From contig JASCQW010000119.1 of assembly GCA_030264375.1 (NCBI GenBank), forward strand, positions 9,412,069 through 9,476,068: a DNA stretch of 64,000 nt, in the 5' to 3' direction. Under the pieces are notes generated by a model, which saw only the letters and a program-made list of their open reading frames with translations, was not told the DNA's origin and searched no databases. Below are positions 46,601-61,139 of this stretch, piece after piece. The stretch's first letter is position 1. Every line of letters starts with the position of its first letter. Position numbers and translations under genes: made by a program. The DNA is from Carcharhinus longimanus. Taxonomy: Eukaryota.

Positions 46601-49389
46601 AAAAAGAGAAAATTAAACACATCATTCCCTGTCAAAAAATTAAACAATACTATGAAAGGCTAAATATATTTTGTTCGAAAAAAATATCTTGGCTTTTAAC
46701 ACATCTGTATGGAACTTGCAAAAGATAGATGCAGATAAATTGAGAGTTCTGGGATATTTCAAGTCCTGCATGATGTTATTTTGTACGATGTTCATTGAGG
46801 TGATTTCCATCTGTGGACTATCGTGCAGAGTGGGTCATCATTCTAACTATTCGAGAGTAAATCATATGGGCAACATATGATAAAGTTGGAACTGGAACAC
46901 AGTTGTGCCCATATATGGTAACATGGGCCGGACAAATTAATTATGAAATATCATAGATGTGCAATTGCAAATACAATATCAGGAATTCGACGGAACAGTA
47001 AAAATCAGCTGAAAAATTCTGAGGACGCTAACAAATCTGAGGACCACTCGACTGGTGGGAATTTGCATTCATATTTGTATCAGTGCTTCTTTATTCGATG
47101 ACTGTCATGTGCTTTCAGCAACCTCAGGGAAGGACAGTATAATGGAGAAGTAAGCAAATGTCTGGATATCCGTAGTTCGTTCGACCCGAGATAGCCAATC
47201 TATATCACTGATCCACATTTGGATAGTCCGAGAGGGGAGTCGCAGGTAAAAAAAAGAATCCGGGGGGCCATTTATTTGGGGATGAAAATAACACACAATT
47301 CAGATATTTTATGTGTGGATATTTGAAACCATTCCGCGACATTTATGTATATTTCTATACGAATTAAACATTTTAACATTAACAAAGACGAGAAGTCAAT
47401 TAATAGAAAATTGAGCAGGAGGAGACCCATTGAAGGGGACAACAAAATTCATCATGGCGATACCACGTAAAAATATGTCCAGTGCTTTATTTTAAGGGTA
47501 GCTACACATACAAACAACTGAAAACCAGCGAGATCATTGTTAATATTTGGGATTGATGGAGGTGTTTAAAGAATTGCAGCTGGGTCTGAGCAATGGTGCT
47601 TAATCTTCCCGGAAACCGAGATCAAATTGTGAGGTTTTCATTGCGATCATAATTCCAATTTTTGTCTTCAAGTAACAAACATGTTGACTTGCCGAAGTTC
47701 TAGTTGCCACGAAAATATCAGGATACGCGCCCAGTGCCAAGGTATGACCTGATATACACTGAGTGAAATATTGTCCGGCAGGCCATGCGATTGCCACCAC
47801 ACTGAAATAGTAAGGGACACATCATGAGTGGAATACATTTAATTTGGCATCGGTAGCTAACCAACTACCTAGCTGTTTGGTTTTCATCAGGATAGGAAGT
47901 GCCATAGAGGCTGTGGAAATGCTAACACGAGTAATAAAATGTGCGGTTATCAAATAAAAATTGTTTCACTGCCAACACTTTGCTATTCTCCAATGGCGCT
48001 CTCTAAGAAATAAGAAATGGGAAACCACGAGCTGAAATTTGAAGCAGAATCCTTTCGGATACCTTCTGACATATGAACAACAGGCCACGCAATGAAATCA
48101 GAAATGAATTCTCAACAATGTATTTGTTTTTTTTTTCAGTGTTCGCCCATTGGCGAAAGGAGAGTGGGAATTTGAAGGCATTAATAATCATACTGATAAC
48201 TATGGAGGGGTGTAGCAGTCATTGAGATACTGTGCCCAGTAAAAAGGATAAACAGAGACAAACCACAAAAATGAACACAATGTTTAACTGCAGGTTAGCA
48301 AATAGAATGTGAGAAAGAGACTATGCTGGAAAAGACCTTTCGGACAAGCAGTTGGAAGATCCAAACATTGCTGGAAGTTGAAAGAAATGCTCAGTTGATG
48401 CAACAAAAAAATCATAACATTGGATAATATAATCAAACAATTATATTGTGCTTGAGATTTAAAAATAATACTTTGACACAAACAACTCTTAATCAATAAC
48501 GATGATTGATAGAGATAACCCCTGTTTTTTTTATCTATAGGCAGATGCCAGTTACTTGTAATCGTAGCTGAGAATATATTTGCCTATGTATATCTATTAT
48601 TTTTCCCACTCTGATTAATCTGAATGTCTTCATTTAGAGTCCTACAGCAAGCTGCGAATAAACTTAATTTGAAACCACTCCACAACTTTGCCTGCCTACT
48701 TGCAGGGAACAATAGTTTTAAATACCACAAGAAATTCTTTGCAACAACCATGTGACACTTGACAATTGTCATTGCATTTTGTTTCCCATCTTGTTTCGAA
48801 TGTCTGTCACTTAATAATGAAAGTTCAATTCTATTTTTCACCACTTCCCATATAACGGTGTTGTGTTTTTTTTTCTGGTGCACGTTCCAGTAGTACGTTT
48901 TTCATCTGCACGTTTTATCCTTTTCTAAAACGTCCTCCATATTATTACGCACACTGTAACTTCATTGTTAAACTAATAAGGTTTGCCTCAAGTAAATCGG
49001 CAAAAGTTTGTTGTATGAAACTGATAAAGGTAATGCTTCAATCGGCAAGTGAAAAACGTCATTCCATTTACTGAGGTGGATTTCTCTTAATTTAACATGA
49101 GGCTTCGGTATTCTGGAGGTTGTTTGTCATTCGTGTCAGCAATCTTATGTTATTTCACGACATGTCGTATTACAATTCTTAGAGCAGATTTGTGTTGTCC
49201 AAGGAAAGATCGCAACATCTATAAATAAGAAACACTTCGATATGACTTCATTGTAATCGGACTGACTCATGTGTTCTCGCTGTTTTAATTTAAAGCGGTA
49301 TATCACACATTCTTACTCACACTGCCCAACATTTGAATTCAGAATTTCGAAAAGAAGTTGATGTTTAACTGTTTTTTTTTTAATTCATT

Positions 49390-49860
49390 TGAACTAGGCT
49401 TGTACTCGTTAGAGTTTAGAAGAATGAGGGGAGATCTCCTTGAGACATATAAGATGATGAATGGGATGGATAGGATAGAGGTGGAGAGACTCTTCCCGCT
49501 CAGAAAGGACAGTAGGNNNNNNNNNNNNNNNNNNNNNNNNNNNNNNNNNNNNNNNNNNNNNNNNNNNNNNNNNNNNNNNNNNNNNNNNNNNNNNNNNNNN
49601 NNNNNNNNNNNNNNNNTGGTGAATCTCTGGAATTCTCTGCCCGTTGAAGTGGTGGAGGCTGCCTCGCTAAATATATTTAAGACACGGGTTGATGGGTTTT
49701 TGATAAGCAAGGGGATTAAGGGTTATGGGGAGAGGGCGGGAAAGTGGAACTGAACCACGACAGATCAGCCATGACCCTATTGAATGGCGGGGCAGGCTCG
49801 AAGGGCTAGATGGTCTACTCCTGCTGCTATTTCTTATGCTCTTATGTTATGTTCTTATTC
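49390..49860 (+). mobile_element. Relatively young CR1 (HER1-like) 3' end
   Basis: ORF 49358..49753 LGLYSLEFRRMRGDLLETYKMMNGMDR...VNLWNSLP.EVVEA...FK; tail GGCTCGAAGGGCTAGATGG...TTCTTATG. Confidence 0.92.
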
Positions 49861-50044
49861 CACATGTTTAGCCTCAGGAATGCCACTCACCACGCAAGCG
49901 CATGGGGAGTACGAAACTCGCTGCATCGGTCTCCGTAGTTGGCAGGTTAGACAAATTACTGATTTTGAACAAAAAATCAAAGATTGAAACATACAACGCA
50001 AATTACAGCATGAAGCAGATATATCGCTTCCATAAACCTAGTTT

Positions 50045-50825
50045 TTCATTATGATAATGGATGCTCATTTAATCCAATACGCTGATCCTGCTCTACGTTC
50101 TCCATATTCCTTGATCTCTTTCGTGACATCAGTTATGTCCAGTTCATTCTTGAAATAACACCACGCTTTCTGTGGCAGCGAATTCCACATATTCACAATC
50201 TCTGGGTGAACAAAATTCTCCTCCCCTCATTCCTGATAGGGTCATAGAATTATAGAATCACGGAGGTTTATGACATGGAAACATGCGCCTCGGCCTTACT
50301 TGCCCATGCCACTCTTTTCTTATTAAACCACGAAGCTCGTCCAAATTTCCCACATTTGGGCCATATCCCTCAGTATCCATTTACTCGTGTAACTGTCTAA
50401 ACGTTTTTTAAAGACAATATTACGTCCAGCTCTGTTATCATCTCTGTTAGCTTGTTCCAGACACTCGCCACCCACTGTGTGAAAAAAAAGGACCCCTGGA
50501 CACTTTTGCATCTCGCCCCGCTCACCTTAAATCTCTGTTTTAGACTGCCTTACCTTTGGACAAAGTATATTTCGTATCTAGTTGATCTTTGCACCGCATT
50601 ATTTTATACACCTCTGTAAGATCACCTATTTTATCTGTAAGATAAAATAGCGTATCCCATTTCCTCAAAGCATGACGGCCAAATCTGGAATCCCAGGCCA
50701 TCGGGCGCCTATAGTATGAATTTAGCCTCGGTACTCCTGTCAGAATATTATAACTTTCGCTGAAACCTGCTCTCGCCCTTCTGAACTTGGATGAATATAA
50801 ACCAATCCGTCTTAATGTCAACGCA
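50045..50825 (-). mobile_element. Two nested degraded CR1 3' fragments (inner ~50241-50625)
   Basis: GAATTCCACA..TTCACAA, CATAGAATTATAGAATC tail; minus ORF 50540..50821 LRRIGLYSSKFRR / GDLTEVYKIM. Confidence 0.75.
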
Positions 50826-53779
50826 TAATCTCGCAGGATGAAACGAAAATGTTCACCCTAAAAATAACATGATTATACTGTTTATTTAGGAAGAAACCTG
50901 AGCAAACTAAGGTGCGTCGCCTGTAATTTTAAATATTGAGAAGCATTTCCAGTGAAATATACAAGATCCCGCATTGAAGTCAGGAGCGAAATCCAAAAAA
51001 AAAACGTTTCATCTCAGGTGTAGGCTAAAATTAGGGGTCAACGTTTCTAAAAAACAGATCCGGCATTCAAACTGAATATGAGTGGCGTTCTTGTTTTCTG
51101 TCAGAGGTTCGGGAATCTCTGCAATTATCATGTCCAAGGAACAGTGAAGGTGGAAAAATTAATGTTTCAAGACAGATGTGTATACATCGTTTCCTAACGT
51201 GGAAATCAAAGGCAGGCAAAACACAGTGTTGGGAGGAATATTTGTTGTCCTACGTCAACCATAATCAACACATGCACAGGAGGTTTGAGAGATTAAATGC
51301 CATAATGTTACTTTTGGTTCGTACGAACTTTGAGTGAAAAGTAGATATTTGCTGAATGACAACTGTTAGATTTTCTGGAGCTACAGATGAAAGGTAAAAT
51401 GCCGAACCTCGAAACGTTTAATTATGTCTGTTTTGAGAAAGGTGCACAGGGTCTAGGAAAACATGCAAGTTTAAACATAAAGCACTGTTTATTTAATATG
51501 AAATATGATCCATGCTGTTCCAACTTGGTCTTGCGTAAGCAGTTGTAAGGCAACGAATACCAATTCAAAGTAATGTGTTATTTGCTCTGTATACCCTGCT
51601 GCCCAGCATGGTAACGGCATGCCTTTATGCTTCAGAAGACGATTACACATTTCTCTTTTCGATGCATTGAAAGCACTGCCATATTTCAACTATGTGTGGC
51701 TCATAATACACTATACACAGATTGCCAAACACTCACAAATTGGAGAGGTGATGCTTTGCTTTGTGAAACGTAACCAATTCTATTTTTTTCGTAAAGCAAT
51801 AATAACTTGTCAAACCGATGACAATGGTGATATTTACTCGGCCCTGGCGACACCTTGTATTTTCGTATTAAAGTCTGTTTAATTTCTACACATATTGGTC
51901 GCCATGTGAAATTAGGTTACGGAACTGTTCCTTAAAAAATGATATTTTGATTTCAACATACAAAATAACTTAAAGGAAGTGCTATGATCGCATAACATGA
52001 AAAATGTCCATACAAATTTCCCTTCAAACACAACTACGTAGCATCTGACTCAAACATGCTATGGTCGCGGTAAATATTCTGCACTTAAACATAATTATTT
52101 TCGAATAGCTCCATGAATTGGTTTCTACATAATATTTTAATTTTACCCAAAGCTAGGAATCACTACATTATTTTCCAGCTGTATCAATGACATTGTAAAA
52201 CTTTACTTGTCAAACAAGGAAATGCTCACTTAATCAGTTAATGCATTGGGGTTGGAATTTCCGGCCCACGATACTTCGTCATGTTAACCTGGAATGTTAT
52301 GTTCCTGGAAAGAAATCAGGTTTGACAAGAATTAACTTACTTGTCCTGATGGTTTAGTTTATTGATTAGTATACAATTAAATCCTTCTCTTTTTTATGAG
52401 TAGGAAGTCAATCTAGAATGTCCCCACTTCCTATTTCATTACAGTATCAATTTAAGCCTTTGCAATTTTCCAAATGTTACTGTTTTCACGAAAACAAAAC
52501 TGAAACCACCAATAATTATTTACGGGAGATCGTCGACCATCTCATTGGGGAAATGCACAACCCGATTAAACAACAAAGGTTTATTTTTATTCTGAACTTT
52601 TTTTGTAATCGTGGGATATTTAGCACAACTTACAGTTTGGAGAGTTTCAAATCGTCCAAGAACATTTTGAACCAATTTTTTTTTTGTTTATTTTTTTCTA
52701 CAAACCTGCAACGAATCTAGATGAGGAGGGTTTCACTTCTTCCAATAACTTGGCACTCCACACACGGGGGTAAAGAAAGAGGAAGACAATTCATCGAACG
52801 AGCACGTTACAATAAATCTTCTGAGATTGCATGAATCCAGTGTTTGCAATGAAACAAAACGTATTTCAGCATGTTTTAACGGGGAAAGGTTGATGGTAGG
52901 ACGATCAATACATTCAGAAATGACACTTCTCCAATGTGAGAAGGCACACACACTGAATTATCATTGGATGCACGAGATCATGTGTTGGAATAGTTTTGCT
53001 TTCATCATGGCTGGACTTTATTTTATTGCTGGTATGTACTTCAAATCGGGCACATGGTTTGCGTCGAAACTGCTAGTGTTCCAATTCAAATCGCAACTGA
53101 AGAAGGTCTGGCAGGACTTGGCCTGATATTGTTTTTAGCGTATTCAAGGTCGTTATGAAAAATATTGTTCAAGTAAATATACTGTTCAAAACGTCAGCAT
53201 TATTACATTAAATTACGGCATGCGGCCAGCTGTATTGCTCTGTGCCAGGCTAGTTTAGGCAAGTCACATGTTTGCCCATAGCTTTGTCTTTGCAGGAATG
53301 TTTCGGCATAGTATATTGCAAAACAGACGTTTGCGGCGCTAACTTTTATTTTACTTTGACATAGTTCAAATTTTTCTGAATCATGTCTCTAAGCATCTGG
53401 ACACATCATATCGGACCAACAATTTTATGTTATGGGAAGTGTAACAATCGTGCACTGGAAGAACATGTCGACATTCATCATGTCTTGAGTGCCGCAGCTG
53501 ATCCCTGAATTAGGCATACAAAACATTCAGAAGCTCCAATATGACAGGGAAATGGCAGAAAATGATGGTAAGTCGCAGGAACCATTCTCAACATGGCAGT
53601 GGTCTATTTGTTTCCTGCCTCAACTCTATTATTAAGCCTGATGATCAATGCAGAATTATATAAGAATCACGTTGATATTTGTTGGCATTTTACTCGTGGA
53701 AGGATATGAGTGTCCTTCACTCTCAGAGGAATACGTTTACGACGAACCCTGGTTAACACAGCTTTGAAAGCATGCTACT

Positions 53780-54560
53780 TACCAAAAGTCAATTTCCCTA
53801 CCCAGTGACTCCACCAATTAACTTCTGAAATTTCGTGCCTGTTATCATCAAAATTGTCCTTGCCCCAATTGAGAATATTAACTTTTGGGACAGACACATC
53901 ATTCTACATTGCTATCTTAAAAATAATAGAAATAGGGTCACTGGCCCCAAAGTGATCCCTCACAAACACTTCTGTCACCTGCCCTTCCTTATTTCCCAAG
54001 AGGAGATCAAGTTTTGCCCCCTCTCTAGTCGGGCCACCACATGCTGAATGCTAAGTTCCTCCTGAATACATTAAACAACTTTCTCTCCATCCAAACCTCT
54101 AATAATATGGCTGCCCCAGTCAATGTTGGGAAAATTAAAATCTATGACTAGTACGGCCATATTTTTTCTTGGAGCTATCTGTAATCTCCTTACATATTTG
54201 GTCCTTAATTTTGCGCTGACTGTTTGGGGGCTTAGAGTACAACCCTGTCATAGTAGTTTCCGCCTTTTTATTTCTCAGGTCTACTCAGTGGCGGAACCCT
54301 CGGATACATCCCCTTTCAGTACGGCCTTGATGCTTTCTCGAATCAAAAGAACAACTCCCCCCGCGCTCTTACCTCATGTTGTATCTTTCCTGTCGCACCC
54401 TGGAACATTAAGCTGCCAGTCCTGACCCTCTCTTAGCCAGATTTCAGTAATTGCCACAACATCCCTGGCCCACGTACCCTTCAATACACTGAGTCAATCT
54501 GCTTTGTCCATCAGGCCTCTTGCACTGCAATAAATGCAGTTCTCTGCATTCTGTTCTCTG
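53780..54560 (-). mobile_element. CR1 ORF2 endonuclease-region fragment, degraded
   Basis: TGCCCCTCTCTAGTCGG...ACATGCTG, CCCCAGTCAATGTTGGGAAAATTAAAATC, CTGACTGTTTGGGGG, CCCTGGAACATTAAGCTGCCAGTCCTG; parallels 1200-1700 and 63200-63700. Confidence 0.8.
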
Positions 54561-54999
54561 CCTTGCCCCTTCGCTTTCCCGCTCCTTTCGATCCTACATG
54601 GGGTGGCAAAAAGGTAAAAATTCACCTCATAGGATCCTGCCTATTTATTTCTGAAGCAGTGGATCATAACAATAATTCAATTGATTAGTAAAACTTATTA
54701 AAGACGGGACAATATGTATTTTAATTCGTTGATCATCAAGCAGATAATGAAGTGAAATAAGTAAATGCTGGAAGTGCCCGGAAGCTCTAAAAATATATGC
54801 AGAGTGAGAACTTGCATGGCAGTTTCGTACCCGAACGAAGGAAGACAAAAAAACATTTTTTTTTAGAAGAAATCTCGATTGATATTGTATTCGTTTTTGA
54901 TGCAGCCACATTGCTTTTGTATAGCGTAGCCCATTATGCCTTCCACCTTTTGAATTTTAAGACACTATGTGAGGAAACATAATAACCGTGAACAGTTCT

Positions 55000-56250
55000 C
55001 ACTTTGCTGCTGGAGATGCAGCAGGGAGCTATGGAATACATGAGGTTCTGACAGCAACTCTGGACAAACTGGAAGGCTGTAGGGTATACTCAGAAATCTA
55101 TAACGTGGAGTAGCCATGGGTATCCTGGTGCAGGTAGCACTCCAAAACTGCAAGGGTGGCACGTGTGTTAGAAAGCCTTGAGCATGAAATCATCACCATT
55201 AGTGACAAACATCAAGGGTGGCAGACTCACAATCGGCCGCAGTTCAGTCACAGCAGGTTCAACTGTTGGAACCGACAAACATCTTTTTTTTACGATTTAG
55301 CCATCCATGGCTCAGGAGACCCAGCGGGATAGCACCAAGATATAGCAGTTTATGGCAGCAGCCCTTGAGAATGTCGTCCACTCACCAAGGGTCATACAGA
55401 GCATTGTTCAATGTTGGATGCACTCGATGCTACGATTGACAGATGACCCCATATTCAAAAGTGTATCGCCGAGTGTTTGCACTTCATGAATCAAACGTCA
55501 GTGGATCTGGCAGTGACACACCTTTGCGATTTTTCAGCTGACGTCAGTGCTTTTAGAGCACAGCACCAAAGCACTACCAAGGGGTAGTTAGAAACCCCAA
55601 GGGGTTTTGAAGGACTAGAGCCAATGCTGGAGGCTTCCAACCTGGAGGCTGCGACTGTGGCTACAAATTCTGACAACCAGAGTACTGACACCAAGCTACC
55701 TCAGGGGATGATGCGAGATATTCAAGGTGACACGGATAGATCAGTGTCGCTTGAAGGCAGGGCGGAGTCTGAAGGCCGAGGACAACCAGCATGTCATTGC
55801 CAAACGCATCAATGACATGCTGCTTACAACGTAGACAGAAAAAAAAACTTCGTAGCAGCACCAACATGGCACATTTGAAGAAGCGCAGTAGTCAGTGTTA
55901 TAAGTAGGCTCTCTTATATGTAATTTTAATTTGTTAATTATGAGCAAGTTGTGTGATAGCACATTTGTGGTCACCAATAAATGCTATTGCACCATACAAC
56001 TGTGAATAAGTTGCCCCTCATAAGCTTCCATCAGGGAGGACCATATCTTGACTTCCTTGGGTGAACTCGTTCCTTGACGTCTGTCGGGGAATCTCCATAG
56101 CATAGCCGAATCCTGAAATCAAGGCACTGAAGCCATTAACTAGGTGCTGCGGGTGGCATGCAGTGGCATCGAATTGCAACATCTGCCGTGGTATCCCCAG
56201 TGCCTTCCAGCCTCTTCCGTCAGCTCCTGGATTTTGAAAACATAGATCGT
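55000..56250 (+). mobile_element. Possible decayed PIF/Harbinger-type accessory (Myb/SANT-associated) ORF remnant
   Basis: Higher-GC coding-like stretch with LEMQQ...LTATLDKLEG and EGRGQP; resembles shark Harbinger ORF1 remnants from memory; no transposase or TIR identified. Confidence 0.25.
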
Positions 56251-56279
56251 TACAGTCATGTTAAACAACTAAATCCTCC

Positions 56280-56640
56280 TCCAAAATCATCCTCATCACT
56301 AGTGCCCCACGAAGCTGTGTGCTCAGCTCCTCACCAGGCTCGGTATACACCTATGACTGCGACCAACTTCCCCTCCAACTCAATGTTCAAATTTGCTGAT
56401 GCAGCCACCGTAATGAGTTGGAGCTCAAACACTGCTGAGACAGCGTACAGGAAAGAGCCATGAAATCTTGTGAAATGGTGCATCGAAAATTATCTTTCTG
56501 CCAAAGTTAACCAAATGGAAGAAATTTCTATCAATTTGAGGAAGCTTTTTGTAGGACATGCCCCATGTTCATCAAGGGGCATGAAGTTGAAATGGTCAAG
56601 ACTATAATGCTTTACTTGTCCACATTATAAACAAAATGTT
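56280..56640 (+). mobile_element. Rex1/Babar LINE RT fragment
   Basis: IILITSAPRSCVLSS (GAPQGCVLSP-like), YTYDC, FPSNSMFKFADAATV (KFADDTT), ETAYRKE, VKWC. Confidence 0.85.
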
Positions 56641-59049
56641 CTTCCATTCTCCCTTCTTGATCACCTTCGATACTTTTACACCAGCATGAGGCATTTAACA
56701 AGCATCTACTTTACTCGTTGGTTGTAACTACCGCGAACGCAGTCGCTCAGAGCTCGGATGATTGCAAGTGACGCCGATTAATAACATTGAGATGACGGCA
56801 AAAAATGAAAATTACCACCTCACCCATTTTATGCATTCTCCCGAAGTGCTATGGGATTGGTTGAGGAAATGGGCACAATTCAAACTAGTCGGCTTACTCC
56901 CGATTTCATGACGGTAACTCATCCCAAAGTAGGCGCTATGCTGTCCCATAATCGCACCCATCACGTTTCTCGATGACCTTAACATCAGCCTCCAGTGGAT
57001 AGCATGCTTTGAATTTAATTTACTTTGATGTATGTACTTCCATTTCGTAGATTATCAATGGTAAAATAATATAAAGTCATGGGGAGCTGGTTGTTTTAGC
57101 CTATGCAAATATCTGATGGTAGCGCGAATCAAACGAAATAATTGTAAAAAAAAGTCAAAACAGAACACAAAAAATGAAACCTAAATGTTTTGAAATATAT
57201 ATCATGATCATGTTGCCCCTACTCCAGCTTTATTCCTCCAAATTATATTACAATATATATTCATTCTCACCAGATTCTTCGACCAAAGCTTTGCAGTTGT
57301 TCAACTCTACGTTGAATCAAGACAATCAAGTGAATATCTGATACTCTATGCTTCGTCAACTTAATTCCTTATTGTTGAGCTATTATAGGACATGCAATTG
57401 AGTTACTGGGTGCAGCTGCCACGAACGTTGTAGCTTATCAAATGAGGTTGATGATTGCGATTGAAACCGAGCACTGACATTGAAATGAAGGCCTGAGAAG
57501 ATACGTCTTGTGTGAGTTCCTGATCGCGTCCGCGTTCTTGGGAACTGGATAACTCGGCAAGACAGAGGGATTTCAACTAAATGCAAAGGAGCTGAGGAGC
57601 GAGGGGATTGCTATATGGGGGAGGGGGGGGGGGTGAGACTCTGGAGACAATGGACACGTTGACTTTCAAAGTAAAAATAAATGGCATCACTGCAAGCCAA
57701 CTTTTTCTTAATGGTAGCTGAAGTGTGACACAAATGGAAAGAGCACATGTATATAATATATAAAAAGGCAAAATGGAAACAAAACAAAGTTAATGGTTTA
57801 TTACTTAAATGTAGGCAGTATGAAGAACACATTGAATGAACAGAAGGTCCAGATTGAGATTAAGCTGCAGTTTCAATTTTGCGTAACCATTAAGAGGTCT
57901 GGTTACAAAAAGGTTAAAATTGAAATCGAAATATTCAGGCGGACTTGATTTTTCATAAGCAGAGCCAGGACTGAGGGGTTGTCGTTCAGCTTTGTTTTTC
58001 GTTCACTTAGGATTTCGACAGGTTGAATAGCAACAATTCACCTCGTATCGCAAGATGAGAATTTTATTTGAGTAAGAAAAACATAGGGGAATATCACACT
58101 GGTTGCCGTGCTCTATTGGATCCGTAACTATGATATGTAATAAATATTAATCAGAAGGTAATGATGGAAGCAACAGAGACATTCTTTAATAATTGGTGAC
58201 TTGAATTGACATATATATTACCAAGTTCAAATTGGAAGAGGTATTAATTGGAAATATTTAATGGAGGACATTAGCTGAACGTCCTCTATTGTCCATGAAC
58301 AAGATATTGTGAATCGAATCTATTATCAGGCTATTTTGGATCTGACAATGCGTAACGACGTATTATCAATAAAAAAAAGTTTCTGTTGGTACCAACAAAA
58401 AGCTAATGACTCAGGCAAAAACACGCGATGCTTGGGCTTGATTATTAGCATAGACTGATCATTGGCCAACTGAAATGCATGTATTTCTGGCATTTAAGGC
58501 GCATTTTAAAGGTGGCAAAATTCAATGAATGGAGTGCCAGCTAGATTAGCACTGGTGTCAAAATCATTTACAATGTCTCGTTAAACGAAAAGCTGACATT
58601 GAATCGTGATTTAACCTGCACATGCCACATCACAGAGAACAGGAGGGTTTCCCAAATGGGGCTTCATTAGAAAACTCAGGCCAGTGCAGGAATTAATGTA
58701 CGCTATTTGATTTGTTTTGCATCACGTCAATGCCGTCACTAATTTAGTGTACTGAATCCCCATGCGCAAAATATAACATTAAATTGGAAGGAAGTGAAAG
58801 CAATTGCGACAAGTTTGCTGCAACACGCACGTATGGAAAGACGATGAAGAGCATGTAACAATGAGCCAACAGAGGAACAGAGATACGGTAGCTGAGTTGG
58901 TAAAATCATAGCAGATGGAACACACCTTTGGGAATTTTGAATATGTGTTGTTTTTTTTGGAACAGAACGGAACTGGACGTTTTTCAAATGGATTAATAAA
59001 ATGCAGAAAACCGCAGCATTTTGGCAGTCCAAGTGCATAGAAATCGGAT

Positions 59050-59675
59050 ATCTAGCACGCACGTTCAGAACCCCCCGAGGAATACAATGAAATGCCGGAC
59101 TGTGTTTTAATAAAATCGGAATATAAAAGTGGGAAATCTTACAAACAATATTTCAGACATATGTTAGAAAACAACTTCCATTTCGTGAATAGCTTTGGTG
59201 CGGTATCTTGAGAAAATTAAGTCGTTTTAGGCAACACGGAATATTCAACAGGTTGATCCAGGGTAAGAATAAGTAGTTTTATTAGGAGAGTTTAAACATT
59301 TAACGTGTGCAACCCTTGGAATTTACTGGAATGAGCAGATAATTGATTGAGTCAGGTGACACTCACAGGGAGCTTGACAGTATAGATCGTGTGATGATTC
59401 ACCGCAGAGAAACTGCTGGAGCACAATACATAATTTCAGGCTGCGGACGCTCTCATTTAAAGCAGAGAAGAGGAGCAATTTCTTCCCTTAGAGGGTAGTG
59501 TTGTGCCAGAGTGCACTCTTTTCGGCTTGGTCTTCCGTTGATGTCAAGGCTGAGATGAAAGGGTTATAAATAGTAAAGAAAAACAATATCAAGCATGGAA
59601 GTCAGGATTTAATTGAATGTTGCAGAATCTCGATGGGCCGGATGACCTATTACTCCGTCTTATGGCCTTGTGATT
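59050..59675 (+). mobile_element. Heavily degraded CR1 3' portion
   Basis: GGAATATAAAAG, TTTAAGCAGAGAAGAGGAG..TTTCTTC..AGAGGGT, tail TCGATGGGCCGGATGACCTA. Confidence 0.55.
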
Positions 59676-60167
59676 CAAATACAAATGCGACTTTTATGGT
59701 GATTTTTTTAAATATAATTTTAGAGCTTCGAAGGTGAGATAACTGGACCCATCAAATCAAACACCGCAGATACAAGTTTCACGTTGGAACTACCGAAGGA
59801 GCGAAGCGACTATTTTACTTCAAACCACAATAACAATTAACTGAAATTCGAATCCGCGATTCACCACTTTGTAGAATATGTTAAAAACAAAATGTATAAG
59901 TTGCTGTCAAAATCTGATCTGGAAGAGCAAAAAAAAAATAACTTATGCTAGGTGGAAAAGGCGCTCCCAAGTAGCCGAGCAAGAATGTGATTGACATTTG
60001 CTGATATCTTACAAATGGAATGGCACAAAACATATCCAAATTCCGTGACGAATGCAAGGAATTACACTGCATAACGAAGAGTTAGACGTTTGCGAACGTT
60101 TCTTTTTTTTTGTCCCAACAATTATGAGGTTATGGACGCCAATTTAAAGAGTGTTACTTGTGGTCCG

Positions 60168-60230
60168 CGGGTGTAGGGTGGGTCGGGGGAGGGGGGGGGG
60201 GGGGGGGGGGGGGGGGGAGGGGTTGCTGGG
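60168..60230 (+). repeat. Poly-G / G-quadruplex-capable tract
   Basis: GGGTGTAGGGTGGGTCGGGGGA followed by a long G run. Confidence 0.8.
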
Positions 60231-61139
60231 GATAAGAGCGTTTGTGCGGTGACTCGGTAAACACAATTGTTCCGACAAACTGAGTGAATAAAAGTAGGAA
60301 AGTTGGATAAAGGACAATGCCGCAAACAGCATGCAGAAGTGATCATGCTGCCACCTGCAAAGTTCTAAGTGAACACTTTGGAAAACTGCCGAACAAGAGA
60401 CTGAAAATGTAGCTCTCTAAGACCATTTCACCACAAATCATAGGAACATAATTAGGTCATTTGGTATCTCGCGTCTGCTCCACCATTCAATCATGCCTGA
60501 TTTTTTTTCTCTCATTCCCATTCTCCTGCCGTTTCTTCATAACCCTTGTCCCCTTTATTAATCAAGAACATGTCATTCACTATCTAAACGATGCTCAATA
60601 ATCTGGACTGCACAACGTTGTCTGGCAAAGAGTCCCACAGATTCAGTATTCCCTGGCACAAGAAATTCCTACTCATCTCTGTTTTAAAGAATTCTGCATT
60701 TAGCCTGAGTTTGTCCCCTCTAGTTCTCGCGTTTTTTCCCCACTATTGCTGGAAGTATCCTCTCCATGTCCACTCTATCCAGGCATCACAGTATCCTCTA
60801 AGTTCCAATAAGTTACACCCTCATCCTTGTAATCTCCAATGAGACATCCTCAACCCTTCCTCATACGACAAACTCTTCATTCCAGGGATTACACTTGTGA
60901 ATCTTCCCTGGACCCTCTCAAAAGCCAGGACATCTTTCCTTAGATAGGGGCCAATACTACTCACAAATCTCGAAATGGGGTCTGACCGTAGCCTCATATA
61001 TGCTCAGAAGTGCATTCCTGCTTTTGTATTCTAGCATTCTCGACATTAATGGTAGCATTGCATTTCCTTCCTAATTACCAAGTGAACCTGCACTTCAACC
61101 TGAAGAGAATCTTGCACAAGGGCTCCCAAGTTCAACGAA

